DNA of 64,000 bases from an uncultured Chloroflexia bacterium. GTDB taxonomy: Bacteria > Chloroflexota > Chloroflexia > Thermomicrobiales > UBA6265. Each line of letters begins with the position of its first letter. The first letter of the stretch is position 1. Both the position numbers and the translations under genes were made by a program. Positions 1-10,651 of this stretch are shown in pieces. The DNA lies in NCBI GenBank assembly GCA_963804925.1, contig CAWDSC010000006.1:259765-323764 (forward strand), in the 5' to 3' direction. The notes under the pieces are model-generated. The model had not been told where the DNA came from. It did no database searches and saw only the letters and a program-made list of their open reading frames with translations.

Positions 1-1393
1 GATCACTGTGATCGTTCCCCATCGTATAGGCGCAGCCCTTCAGAAAGCAGGACGATGGAGAACCAGGTCAGGACGGCGAGATCGGGGAGAAAAAACGCGT
101 TGTCGACCATGCCGTGAACGAGCCCGGCCACCAGCGCTGCCGCGCCGCCGATCGCCAGGAATCGGATCGACGTTTCATCATCGCGGCGGCGCAGCCGGAG
201 CATCGCGATGATTCCCCAGAAGATCGCGATGACGAGAAACAGCACGCCGCCGATGCCAAGCGACAACCAGAAATCGAGCACGATATTGTGGGGGTGTGAT
301 GTGTAGCGCTCCGGCCAGCCTGATGGCTGGATATAGCGCAGCCCATACATCACATAAAACTGATCCAGCCCAATGCCGGGGAGCGGGAAATCACGAATCA
401 TCCGCTCACTCGCTCGCCAGAGCACCAGCCGGGATGGCTCGCTACCTTCGCTTCCGCTATCGAACAACCTGTTACCCGCGAAGAGCGCCATCGCCCCACC
501 GACGGCGATCGCTCCCACGACCACTCCCGCAATCGCGCGCAGGCGTCCGCTCAACCACAGCGCCACGGCAACGGCCACCGGGACGCCAATCAGCGCTCCG
601 CGCGACAGCGTCGCCAGCACGCCAATAGCGCCGACCGTCACCAGAACGACGCCGATCTTGCGCCACTTTGGCAACAGCAATGCCGGAATTCCCACCAACA
701 GCGTTGCCCGTTCAAGAAAAAAGGAGAGGTTGTTTGGATGGCTGTACGGACCCGTGGCGCGCCGCACGCCATCGGCGGCGATGCCAGAACCGGTTGCGAT
801 CTGAAGCACACCCCAGCACGTGGTCACGACGATCATCGCGGCGAGACCGCAGAGGACGACGACCGATTGCCCCCGCCTGAACGTCCACCGCGCAACCGGG
901 ATGATGACAAGCGGTTCCAGAATGACGGTTCGCAATGCACGGAGGCTGGCGTCGCGATGTTCGGTATCGGCGAGAGTCACAATCGAAATCGCCCCGAGTC
1001 CAGCCAGGACAATCGCGCCGATGATCGGCCCCCAGGGATGAAGGAGTCCAATCGTTCCTGAATCGAGCGGGCAAGGAACGCGTCGATGACCAGACGTCCA
1101 CCGAAGCCAACCGCGAGGGCGAGCAGGGCCAGCTCAAGGTGCGTGAAGATTCTTCCATCGATTTCCACAGGCCGAAAAATGAACGGGGTTGCGGCAAGTA
1201 CGCCCGCCAGCCCAACCGCCGGACAAAGGCACGAAATCGCTGCCGCCAGCACCATCAACAGTGCCGCCCCCGGAACGGGAGGATTGAATCCGAAAGCGAC
1301 TCCAATCAGCGCAATCGCAGGGAGCAGATATTCAGGATGACGATCGAGCCGGCGCGTGAGGTCGGTCACCTGTTCGACCATCGCCCCGTCCAT
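1..1393 (-). pseudogene. O-antigen ligase / Wzy_C-family polytopic membrane protein, frame-disrupted; 3' end runs off the window
   Basis: ORFs 977..1393 and 3..980 are both multi-TM. The SHPHNIVLDFWLSLGIGG motif is typical of Wzy_C. The downstream frame stays open upstream of 980 and encodes a TM helix (HPWGPIIGAIVLAGLGAISIV), so the two ORFs join through one +/-1 shift near the C5 run at ~1030-1045. Confidence 0.6.
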
Positions 1394-3199
1394 CGCTCAG
1401 AGAAATATCCCCAACTCGGAATGCCGTGACCGGTCGCAGGACGGTCAAGATGCCCCCAACGCTGGGCAATGACATAGATGAAATCGCGAAATCCTGCGAT
1501 GAGAAAAATCAGACCCGCCACCGAAAGCACGATGATCGGCCAGACCATCGGCAACCGCCTTGTCACAATGAGTCCGCCGATCGTGACTCGTCCTTCGCCG
1601 GCGAGAGAGAGCACCAGCTCGTGCTCGCCATCATCGAGTCCACTCGCGAGACTGGACCGGATGTCCTGCGCCTGGAACCACTCCAGATCAATCATCGATG
1701 CTCCGTCTTCGACCGGGAAATTCCCTGGCAGCGGCTTTCCGTCAAGGGTCGCTTTCACCATGCCCGCGTCAGGACTCTCACGGAGGATCGCATCGATGCC
1801 AGTGCCTGAAAACCGTAACGTCATCATGGCGTTCGTTTCGTTGCTGGTTTGATAGACGCGCCCATTGAGATGTTGCTCGTTCCAGGACCCCGTATACGCA
1901 ACGGCGCTGGAAAGCATCGGCGCATATCCCGTCGCCGCAATCCGGGGAGCGCCGCTTGCTGCCAAAATCCGCCAGCACCTGAAATTGCGGCTTCGCGGTG
2001 CCATCAGCATTGAGCAGTGAATACGATCCCCAGGGATCCTCGGGAATCAGGCTCCAGCCGAACATCGGTCCCATCCAGGGCCATTCTTCGCGGGCTCGTT
2101 GAATGCCTTCCAGCCCGTAATCGGCAGCGATTTCATTTGAGAGTTCAGGCGAGGCCGCCCAGCCGTAGCGCGTCGCCCAGATTGCTTTCGCCCGGTCCCC
2201 TTGATCGATCATCAATTCGCGCAAGGCGATCGCTCGGGAAAGATTGAGATTCTGCTGGCTGACGGATCGATCGCTCGGCGAGTGAGTGCCGCCATCGAGT
2301 TGCAACGACATGATGTCAAAATAGGGGGCGCCTCCAACGGCGTACACCTGCCGGATAAAGTCGAAATCGTCTCCGATCTGTCCGCTGCTTCCTTTTGGTT
2401 CCAACTCCGCCAACAGGATCTTGATCTCTGCATTCGCGCCACGCGCCGCGCTATTGGCTGCCGCAAGTAACTGGACGTATTCGGCAGGACTCGGGGTCGA
2501 TCCTCCCCATCGCTCCGGAAGATTCGGCCGGTCCATAAACTGGATGAACTGGATTTTCGTTGCATATCGTGAGACAAGCGCCGTGGTGAAGGCCGCCAGA
2601 GTTTGGGGATCGCTCGGAGCCGCGTCCGCATAACCCCGTTCTGAGGCCCGACGCGCCCAATCGGGACTGTTCTCGATCACCATGACGAGTTTCATGCCGC
2701 GTGCCGTGGCCCGGTCGACGATGGCGTCAAGCTGCGTCCAGTTGAAGTTCCCCTGGGTCGCTTCAATCGCGGCCCAGGAGACAGGTTGGCGCAGATAGAC
2801 GAATCCGCTCGTCTGAAGCGTCGACAGCACGGAATCGATCTGCGCTGGATCGAAACGGGTCAGATCGACATTGACGGCCAGCTCGCGCCCAGTGTTTTGC
2901 TGCACATAGGGGACTTCTTCCCCGGTCTCGACGCCGCGATGGAGCACCGGGTCCGTCATTCCGCTCGTCACGATGAGCAGGAGCCCAATCAACCCAAGCA
3001 GAAATGCCCGGCCGAGTCTGAGCAAGTCAGGTGCGGTGTTGACTCTCGCTCGAACTCTCGCGACCCGTCGCGACAACCAGGGAGCCGTGACCGGGGTTCG
3101 CGTTGATGCCGGGCGGACGCCGCTTCGCGCCGGTCTCCTTTGCTGATCTTGCGCGCGCGGAGCCGGCTGCATGCGGAGGCGTTCCCTTGGATGACTCAA
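1366..3199 (-). pseudogene. Secreted or membrane-anchored glycoside hydrolase (GH5/GH39-like TIM barrel) with a C-terminal beta-domain and TM anchor, frame-disrupted
   Basis: ORF 1778..3199 has an N-terminal TM and hydrolase-like stretches (VYLRQPVSWAAIEATQGNFNWTQLDAIVDRATARGMKLVMVIENSPDWAR). Sense continues in ORF 1366..2010 (AASGAPRIAATGYAPMLSSAVAYTGSWNEQ...RFSGTGIDAILRE). The junction lies at the T4 run near 1965. Confidence 0.5.
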
Positions 3200-3281
3200 A
3201 AACGGCGTGGCGAACGGCCGCCAGTCAGAACAGTATAGGAGTGGAGTCGCGCTGCGTCATCGCCAGGTCACTTCCTGAAGT

Positions 3282-5300
3282 ATGCTCATGCGCATGGTGT
3301 GCGCTTTGTGGAAGGACGGACAGATGCCGCGTAGCCCGCTTATTACGCCACTGACGAATGAGCTTTCCGAGGAACTCCGGCAGCACTGGCAACAGACGCT
3401 GGTTGATGGCGATCCTCAAACGATCCGTCACGACTTCGAGCAATTCGCAAGCCAGGCGATTTCCCAGGGAATATCACTGGAAGAAGCGATGTCGGCGGCA
3501 GGCCTCGCGATAAACGCCGTGGCCTCAAATAGCAACGGATCGACGATCGAACCGATCGGCGCCCGCATGATCGGCGTGGGATTGGGAACGATCGCCCGGA
3601 TCTATCTCGCGCCAGCCGATCAGCAATTGTCATCACAGGCTAACTCGGTTTCCAGTCCGATCGCCCGCCTCAGCGCGCTTCACCGCATCAATCGCACCGC
3701 CACCGCCAATCTGAAGCTGAGCGAAATGCTGGAAACGACGGTGCGCGTCGTTGCGGAGTCCACGGCAGCCGATGGTTGCGCGGTATTTCTGTACGACCCT
3801 GCCACGGAAACGCTTTCACTTCGCGCTGCGGTGGGCCTTGATCCGTCGTCAGTCGGTGCGGTAACCATTCACCTTGGCACCGGCATGACTGGTCAGGCCG
3901 CCAAAAGCGGACAACCGATCATCGCGTCGAATGCGCAGGCGCACGACATGCACTATCAAGTTCCGGGGTTGGGAGACGATCAATACCGTTCGCAAGCATC
4001 CATTCCAATGCTCATTCATGGCGCAAACCGGCTGGTCGGGGTGCTCAATATCCTGACGGTCGAAGAAACCGAGTGGAATGACGACGACGTCGCCTTCTTT
4101 CAGACAGTCGCCGGTGAGCTGGCGATCAGCGTCGAAAATGCGCGCCTTTACAGCAACACCGATGCCCGATTGCGCCGCAAAGTTGCCGAACTCGGCACGC
4201 TGCAGCGTGTCTCGTCGAAGATCGCATCGTCGCTCGATCCATCAGACGTATTGCGGTCGATCGTCGAAGCTGCCGTCGAGCTCTCACAGGCTGAAGCCGC
4301 CGCGATTTTTCGCCTTCCTGAACACGAAGATGAAGAGGGACCGGTGATCGAATACCGGATGGGCAGCGCCCGTCAGGTTTCCGATGAGCCGATGCGCAAC
4401 GAGCTGATCACCAAGGTGATCGAAACCGGATCCCCCCACAGCGCGATGATGAACTATCTCAACGAAGGTTCTCGCCGCCTCTTTTGCATTCCGCTCCGGT
4501 CCGCTCGCAGTCGTCTCGGCGCGCTCTGTCTCCGTCTCAAGAGCGGCGTCGAGATGACCGAAGAACAACTCGGGATGTTGCAGGCGTTTTCCGACTCCGC
4601 TGCAATCGCGATTGAAAACGCCCAACTCTATGAGGATTTACGCCAGGGATTGGACACCACCAACGCGCTGCTCCAGGAGATGCATCACCGGGTTCGCAAC
4701 AATCTGCAAACCGTCGCGGCGCTTTTGGGACTGCAGATTCGTCAATCAGGAAACGAAACGGACGCCGCGGCGCTTCGCGAGGCCGCCGGCAGAATCCAGG
4801 CGATTGCCGGTGTTCACGATCTGCTGAGCGATGAGCGCCGCCTCAGCGGGGCGACGGTCGATCAGATCGCCCGGCTTGTCGCGGAAGAGGCGCACTCGAC
4901 CATGATCCGTCCCGATCTCAAGGTCAATTTCGATATTCCCCCGAGCGACGTCAACGTGCCGTCGCGAACAGCAACGATCCTGGCGTTGCTCATCAATGAG
5001 CTCGTGTCAAACGCCGTCCGACATGGCTTTCAGAACCGCACTGAGGGGAATATTTGGATCCGCACCAAGCGGGATGGCGGCATCGCCACGATCGACGTCG
5101 AAAACGACGGCGATCAGATCCCGACTGGATTCAATCCTTCCGAAACGCGTGGACTGGGCATGCGCATCGTGCACCGTCTGGTCACATCAGACCTTCGCGG
5201 GTACTTCACCATCAGCGCAACCGAACGGGGCACGTTGGCGCGCATCACCTTTCCGGTCGATCGCATTGCCACGGCCGACCGGCTGCACGAACGCTCCTAA
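3282..5300 (+). CDS. Sensor histidine kinase, GAF-GAF-HisKA_2-HATPase_c
   Basis: 672-aa ORF with two GAF-like blocks, H-box HHRVRNNLQTVAALLGLQ (HisKA_2 type), N-box LINELVSNAVRHG and G-box DGDQIP...RGLGMRIV. The start may be the ATG at 3324. No response regulator is adjacent. Confidence 0.85.
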   Translation: MLMRMVCALWKDGQMPRSPLITPLTNELSEELRQHWQQTLVDGDPQTIRHDFEQFASQAISQGISLEEAMSAAGLAINAVASNSNGSTIEPIGARMIGVGLGTIARIYLAPADQQLSSQANSVSSPIARLSALHRINRTATANLKLSEMLETTVRVVAESTAADGCAVFLYDPATETLSLRAAVGLDPSSVGAVTIHLGTGMTGQAAKSGQPIIASNAQAHDMHYQVPGLGDDQYRSQASIPMLIHGANRLVGVLNILTVEETEWNDDDVAFFQTVAGELAISVENARLYSNTDARLRRKVAELGTLQRVSSKIASSLDPSDVLRSIVEAAVELSQAEAAAIFRLPEHEDEEGPVIEYRMGSARQVSDEPMRNELITKVIETGSPHSAMMNYLNEGSRRLFCIPLRSARSRLGALCLRLKSGVEMTEEQLGMLQAFSDSAAIAIENAQLYEDLRQGLDTTNALLQEMHHRVRNNLQTVAALLGLQIRQSGNETDAAALREAAGRIQAIAGVHDLLSDERRLSGATVDQIARLVAEEAHSTMIRPDLKVNFDIPPSDVNVPSRTATILALLINELVSNAVRHGFQNRTEGNIWIRTKRDGGIATIDVENDGDQIPTGFNPSETRGLGMRIVHRLVTSDLRGYFTISATERGTLARITFPVDRIATADRLHERS

Positions 5301-6682
5301 TCGGAATGGCTCCAACCCGTCACATTCGAGGTCGCCTCGCCGCCATAGGCTTCATCAAGCACCTCGGCAATGTGGCGAACGCGAGCCGTGCCGCCATTGC
5401 GGGCGAGTGAGGTTCGCAACTGCATTGCGCATCCCGGGTTCGCGGTGATCACATCAACCGCGCCGGTGGCAATGGCATTCTGCGCTTTGCGGTCGCCCAG
5501 ATCGTCCGCCATCTGCCGCCGGATGAGGTTATAGATTCCCGCGCTGCCGCAACAGAGCGAGGACTCGCGCATCTCCACCAGCGTCAATCCCTCAACCTGT
5601 TCGAGCAGCTTCCGAGGTTGCGCGGTGATCCTCTGAGCGTGAGCAAGGTGACATGGCTCTTGATAGGTGACGACACGTTCGACGGGCGTCGTTGTCGGCG
5701 TCAACTCCCGCGATCCGAGATACTCCGTCATATCCTGGACGCGCTCGCTGAAGTGCTTCGCCCGCTCGGCGTAGGCTGGATCGTCTTTCAAGAGATGATC
5801 GTATTCCTTCAATGCGGCTCCACATCCGGCGGCGGTCACAATGATCGTTTCATGCCCCGAGGCTTCGAAGGCATTGATGTTTTTACGCGCCAGCTCTCGC
5901 GCTTCATCCATCTGACCACTGTGCACCTGCAACGCGCCGCAGCACTGCTGGCGGACCGGCACATCGACGGCAGAACCGTTGTGCGCGAGTACCCGACTGG
6001 CGGCTCGATTCACATCCGCGAACACCGTGCCCATGATGCACCCGTTGAAAAGTTGCACAGATGCCGTCGCGTTCTCAGGCTTCCAGCTTTCTTTCCCCGG
6101 GATGAGAAATTTCTTCGCAACCGGGGGAAGCATGTTTTCGAGATCGGTCATCCCGAGCAGATCGACCACTTTTGTTTTGCGCGCAAGCTTGGAGAGACCG
6201 GTGCGTTGATAGAGCCGCACCGTTCCGGTCAGCGCCCGCATCCGCTTTGCATCACCGAACAACCAGCCAAGCGACGCGCTCCGCCCGGCTTTTTGCCAGG
6301 TCGGCCGGGGCCGGTGCTGCTCCAACTGGGCGCGCGATGCTTCCACAAGCGGACCGTATTGCACTCCGGAGGGGCAAACTGCTTCGCACGCCCGGCAATT
6401 GAGACACTGGTACATCTGCTCGTCGAACACCGGATCGAGCAGATCCATCCGCCCTTCGGCGACCGCGTTCATCAACCAGAGACGACCGCGCGGAGACGAC
6501 ATCTCCTGACCGGTGATGCGATAGGTCGGGCATGAAGAAAGACACATGCCGCAATGGACACAGGCATGGAGCAGGTCCTCCTCCGGCACGTCGTCCCCGG
6601 AAAAACCGCCCAATCGTCGCAAATCGGCATCATACGCAACGGCCATTTCTGATCTCCAGTAACCCGTGAAAATGGTAAGCAA
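5297..6682 (-). CDS. glcF: Glycolate oxidase iron-sulfur subunit
   Basis: Two 4Fe-4S motifs (CVHCGMCLSSCPTY, CLNCRACEAVCPSG) followed by two CCG-type Cys-rich domains. It lies downstream of glcD/glcE. The start is possibly at 6646 (MAVAYDADL). Confidence 0.85.
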   Translation of the reverse strand: MLTIFTGYWRSEMAVAYDADLRRLGGFSGDDVPEEDLLHACVHCGMCLSSCPTYRITGQEMSSPRGRLWLMNAVAEGRMDLLDPVFDEQMYQCLNCRACEAVCPSGVQYGPLVEASRAQLEQHRPRPTWQKAGRSASLGWLFGDAKRMRALTGTVRLYQRTGLSKLARKTKVVDLLGMTDLENMLPPVAKKFLIPGKESWKPENATASVQLFNGCIMGTVFADVNRAASRVLAHNGSAVDVPVRQQCCGALQVHSGQMDEARELARKNINAFEASGHETIIVTAAGCGAALKEYDHLLKDDPAYAERAKHFSERVQDMTEYLGSRELTPTTTPVERVVTYQEPCHLAHAQRITAQPRKLLEQVEGLTLVEMRESSLCCGSAGIYNLIRRQMADDLGDRKAQNAIATGAVDVITANPGCAMQLRTSLARNGGTARVRHIAEVLDEAYGGEATSNVTGWSHSD

Positions 6683-6693
6683 AGACGAATCGA

Positions 6694-7936
6694 CTAAATG
6701 AATCCCGCAAACCGCCCGGGATTCAGGACATGAGTTGGATCAAACTGTTCCTTGAGCGCCCGCATCAGGTCGATCGTCTCCGGTGGCGTCACCCCAGACG
6801 TCGATCCCCTGTTTCAGATCGTGATCGTTTGAGACCAGCGAGATGTTTTCGGCGAATCCCTTGAGTCCATTTCGTACGCCGACAAACGATTCCTGTGTCA
6901 GCATTTTGTCAGGAACAGTGAGCCGAACCTCACCGAGTCCAGGAGAAATCCGCATTCGCGAACTGTCCAGCTCGCCGAGTGATTGAAGCGCAACGTGTTG
7001 CGAGCGTCCCGACAGAGCGTGGACGGCAGTTCGCGCGAATGGCGGATCCCCGCGACGGGTCGCCTTCCGGCTCCTGATTCACGTATTCCTGCCACCAGCG
7101 AGCGCTTGCCTCGCCATCCAGCTGCTCGATCGTCAGTTCTCCGGCGAGCGCGATCGCATCTCCGGTCAGGATCTCGACCGCGCCAGGTCGACCCTCAATT
7201 CGCGCAGCTATAAGCCAGTTGGAATCGTCCTGCTGGACGATTTCCAGCGCCACCGGTCGCACACGCGATTGCAGGAAACGGGTTGAATAGCTCAAGTGCG
7301 GCTTCGAGACCCGGCGCGTTCACAAACAGCGTTCGTTCAACGCGAGGCCGCGGAAGCGTTTTGAAGTTCGCCGAAACGATGACTCCGAGCGTGCCGAGCG
7401 ATCCCAGATAGATGCGCATCATGTCGAAGCCGGTGACATTTTTGACGACCAATCCACCCGCCTTGGTCACCGTGCCACTCGGATGAGCCACGGAGATTCC
7501 GATGAGAAGATCCCGGAAGGTTTCCGACCCGAGTCTCCTCGGTCCTGAAATAGCGCAGTGGCGATCAATCCGCCAATGGTGGCACGTTCAGGATTGGGGG
7601 CATCGATCGGCAGCCACTGACCATGCTCGCCGAGCACCGTCTGCACCTCGGCAAGCGTCGCGCCTGCCTCGACCGACAACGTCAGATCGGTTGGCTCGTA
7701 CATGAGGACGCGATTGAACGACTTCGTTGAAACTGGCGTAATCGATCGAGTTCGATGCGTTGCCGAGTACCAAGCATCGATCCACCGCCAACCGGGGCGA
7801 CTCCCGAGCCATCGGCTGCCGCTCCGGCCAGGATCTCGGCGAGTTGGGATGCGGTGTCCGGCCGTTCGATACGAGTCAGACGCTGACCGTCGATGACGAC
7901 TGCATCGGCATGACCGTTCAAATGAGCGTTCGTCAT
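6694..7936 (-). pseudogene. glcE: Glycolate oxidase FAD-binding subunit GlcE, with at least six frame switches
   Basis: From ATG 7936 to TAG 6694 a colinear GlcE-like sequence is obtained only by switching frames at ~7775, ~7745, ~7560, ~7298, ~7000-7050 and ~6775. The pieces include YEPTDLTLSVEAGATLAEVQ, GLVVKNVTGFDMMRIYLGSLGTLGVIV and LMRALKEQFDPTHVLNPGRFAGFI. Confidence 0.8.
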
Positions 7937-7977
7937 CTGGTCAGATTCCTCGGCAGGGCTCGGTGATACCGAACCCG

Positions 7978-9438
7978 TTACATCGGATAGATGCCATATT
8001 TCTGGGCAATAGCTTTCGCGCGAAGGGCTCGAACCTCGCCGCAAACATATCCTTTGGGAAAGATCTTTTCAGGATTCAGCATGCCTGCCGGATCAAACGC
8101 GTTTTTCACGCCTGCCATCGCCGCCAGATCATCGCCGGTGAAAACGAGCTCCATATACCCGCGCTTTTCCGTGCCGATGCCATGCTCGCCGGAAAGCGCT
8201 CCGCCGATATCGACACAGAAGGTGATCAGCTCTTTGCTGGCGAGCAGCACGCGCTCGACATCACCCTTCTTGTGGCGGTCGAAGAGCATCAACGGGTGCA
8301 GATTTCCATCACCGGCATGAAAGACGTTGGCGATCGGCAGGTTGAAATCTTTCGAAACCTGCGCGACATGGTTCAGCGTTGCCGGCAGCTTCGATCGCGG
8401 CACGACGGTGTCATGCAGATAGTAGGCGGGGGCGAGCCGGCCCATGGCGGCGATCGCCATCTTCCGGCCCTTCCAGAGGAGATCGCGCTCGGCTTTCGTT
8501 CGCGCCGCTCGGACTTCCGACGCTCCACTCTCCCAGCAGATGTTGCCGATTTCCTGCGCGGTGTCTTCAACATCCTCACGCATGCCATCGACTTCGATCA
8601 GCAAGACAGCTCCGGCGTCCATCGGATATCCGGCGTGAAAGGCCGGTTCAACTGCCTGAATCGTGAGCTGATCCATCATCTCGAGCGCGGCGGGAATGAT
8701 CCCGGCGCCGATGATCCGGGACACGGCGACCGATGCGCTTTCGACATCGGGGAACGCGGCCAGTTGCACCGAAATCGCTTCCGGCGACACCGTCAGTCGC
8801 ACCAGCGCCTTGGTGACGATGCCGAGCATCCCCTCGGAGCCAACCAGTGCGGCGGTGAGGTCATACCCCGGATTTCCTCCAGAACGCCCACCAACCCAGA
8901 CAATCCGTCCGTCCGGCAACACGACTTCGAGACCAAGCACATGATTGGTCGTGACGCCATATTTCAGGCAATGCGGTCCGCCGGAGTTCTCGGCGACATT
9001 GCCGCCGATCGTGCAGGCACGTTGGCTGGAGGGATCAGGAGCAAAGAACAGTCCCTGCCCTGCCGTGAACTCGGAAAGCTCCAGATTGATCACGCCCGGC
9101 TCGACCAGCGCCGTCCGGTCGATTGGATCGATTTCGAGCACCTTGTCCATCCGCGTCAGCGCGACGACGATGCCGCCGGCCTGCGCCACAGCACCGCCTG
9201 ACAGCCCGGTTCCCGCTCCTCGAGGAGTAATCGGCAGCCCTTCCTGCCTGGCGAGCTTGACGACGCCGCTCACCTGCTCGGCTGTTCGTGGCAGCACGAC
9301 GGCGACCGGACGGGCGGTGTCGACGGCACCATCGACCGAACCGTCGTATTCGTAGACGATCAGATCGGATGGTTGGTGAAATACGCCATCGGGACCGACG
9401 ATATCGATCAACCGATCGATGATGCGAGGAATACTCAT
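7978..9438 (-). CDS. glcD: Glycolate oxidase subunit GlcD (FAD-linked oxidase)
   Basis: Uninterrupted 486-aa ORF with FAD_binding_4 motifs (PRGAGTGLSGGAV, GNVAENSGGPHCLKYG) and a C-terminal FAD-oxidase domain (GEHGIGTEKR). Confidence 0.9.
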   Translation of the reverse strand: MSIPRIIDRLIDIVGPDGVFHQPSDLIVYEYDGSVDGAVDTARPVAVVLPRTAEQVSGVVKLARQEGLPITPRGAGTGLSGGAVAQAGGIVVALTRMDKVLEIDPIDRTALVEPGVINLELSEFTAGQGLFFAPDPSSQRACTIGGNVAENSGGPHCLKYGVTTNHVLGLEVVLPDGRIVWVGGRSGGNPGYDLTAALVGSEGMLGIVTKALVRLTVSPEAISVQLAAFPDVESASVAVSRIIGAGIIPAALEMMDQLTIQAVEPAFHAGYPMDAGAVLLIEVDGMREDVEDTAQEIGNICWESGASEVRAARTKAERDLLWKGRKMAIAAMGRLAPAYYLHDTVVPRSKLPATLNHVAQVSKDFNLPIANVFHAGDGNLHPLMLFDRHKKGDVERVLLASKELITFCVDIGGALSGEHGIGTEKRGYMELVFTGDDLAAMAGVKNAFDPAGMLNPEKIFPKGYVCGEVRALRAKAIAQKYGIYPM

Positions 9439-9615
9439 GTGATGCGGCGCCTTTTCCAGTGAGGTCGAAGCATATCGTGTCGAGTATCACCCCGAGCGCC
9501 ACTCTCCGCAACGGCTCTTACGAACTTTTCACGTGCGATACTGGCGTTGATTCCCGCTTCATTTGAGCCATTTCGTTCGCCGAGCTACCACGTTTTCTTT
9601 TGTTTGGAGACGGAC

Positions 9616-10113
9616 ATGTCCGAAATCGATATCGCCAACCTACTGGATCATCGTCGGGTCTCCCGATAATTTCGCCCGGACGCGCGCGATCGATTTCACG
9701 ATGCAGGGAATCAAGTCTCGCCATCGCAAAAAGGCCGATCGCATGAAACCGGGCGATAAGATCGTCTATTACCTGACCGGACTGAAAGCATTCGCCGGCA
9801 TTTCGACGATCACGTCGATCGCGTTTGAAAGCCACGATCGAATCTGGTCAAGCGGTGATCCGAAGAAGGAGGCCGAGGATTATCCATTCCGGGTGAATAC
9901 ACGAACCTGATCTCGTGCTTCCCGAAAGCGCATATGCCCCGGCTGAACCCATCGCCCGCCAGATGGACGTATGTCGCGAAATGGCCGGCGGCGAACTGGA
10001 CACTGGCCTTTCAAGGCAATGTCCATGAGATTGGAGAAGACGACTTCAATCTCATTCGCAATGCATTGGCGGCACAGGTTTCAATATCCTCAAAGGATTT
10101 CAAGGAGCAGTAA
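9616..10113 (+). pseudogene. EVE/PUA-like domain protein, frame-disrupted (2-3 shifts)
   Basis: Start MSEIDIA, then YWIIVGSPDNFARTRA...RMKPGDKIVYYLTG...DYPFRVNT in a second frame. This is followed by EPDLVLPESAYAPAEPIARQMD and YVAKWPAANWTLAFQGNVHEIGEDDFNLIRNAL in further frames. The stop TAA at 10111 abuts the next ATG. Confidence 0.5.
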
Positions 10114-10568
10114 ATGAGCACGATCGTCTCCACGTCGAGAAGACCCGGCACGACATACACCTGTGACATCACTGTCCGGCAACACCACCTCGTCGCTGAC
10201 GAGCCGGAAGATGCTGGAGGAGATGATCTTGGACCATCATCCAGTCGAAATAGTCTCGGCAGCGCTGGGTGCGTGCACGGCGATGACGATCGAGATGTAT
10301 GCGAAACGCAAGGGCTGGAACATCTCGAAACTCGACGTCTCAGTCGTTCGCGAAGTCGTGAACGATCCTTCAGCTACGCTCGAAGGCCGTATCGAACGGC
10401 GCGATCAGTTCCGGACGCGAATCCATCTGGAAGGCGAATCTCGACGACGAACAACGCAAACGGCTCTACACGATCGCCGCGCGCTGTCCTGTCCATCGAA
10501 TGCTGGCTGGTTCGCCAATCATTGATCGAGGAATGACGATCGACTCATATGATTCCGACAGCGAATAG
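10114..10568 (+). pseudogene. OsmC-family peroxiredoxin-like protein, frame-disrupted (2 shifts)
   Basis: Frame A gives HHLVADEPEDAGGDDLGP. Frame B gives PVEIVSAALGACTAMTIEMYAKRKGW. Frame C gives NLDDEQRKRLYTIAARCPVHRMLAGSPII. The shifts are at ~10240 and ~10435. Confidence 0.7.
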
Positions 10569-10651
10569 ATCATTGATACCTACCTGCTGTGTTTCGAGTG
10601 GTGGCATTCGCCCCAACTTCGTCGTTAGCAGCAACTTCAGGAGGTGTGTCC

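Noticed and set aside
7963-9201. 412-aa ORF on the plus strand, antisense to glcD
   Set aside because: It is Arg/Gly/Ala-rich low-complexity sequence with no motifs. glcD on the opposite strand has strong family signatures, so this is a typical shadow ORF of GC-rich DNA. The same applies to 21579..22682(-), 25887..26558(-), 32189..33136(-), 33137..33964(-), 40396..41481(-), 47983..48846(-), 53811..54590(+), 55892..56830(-) and 60834..61574(+).
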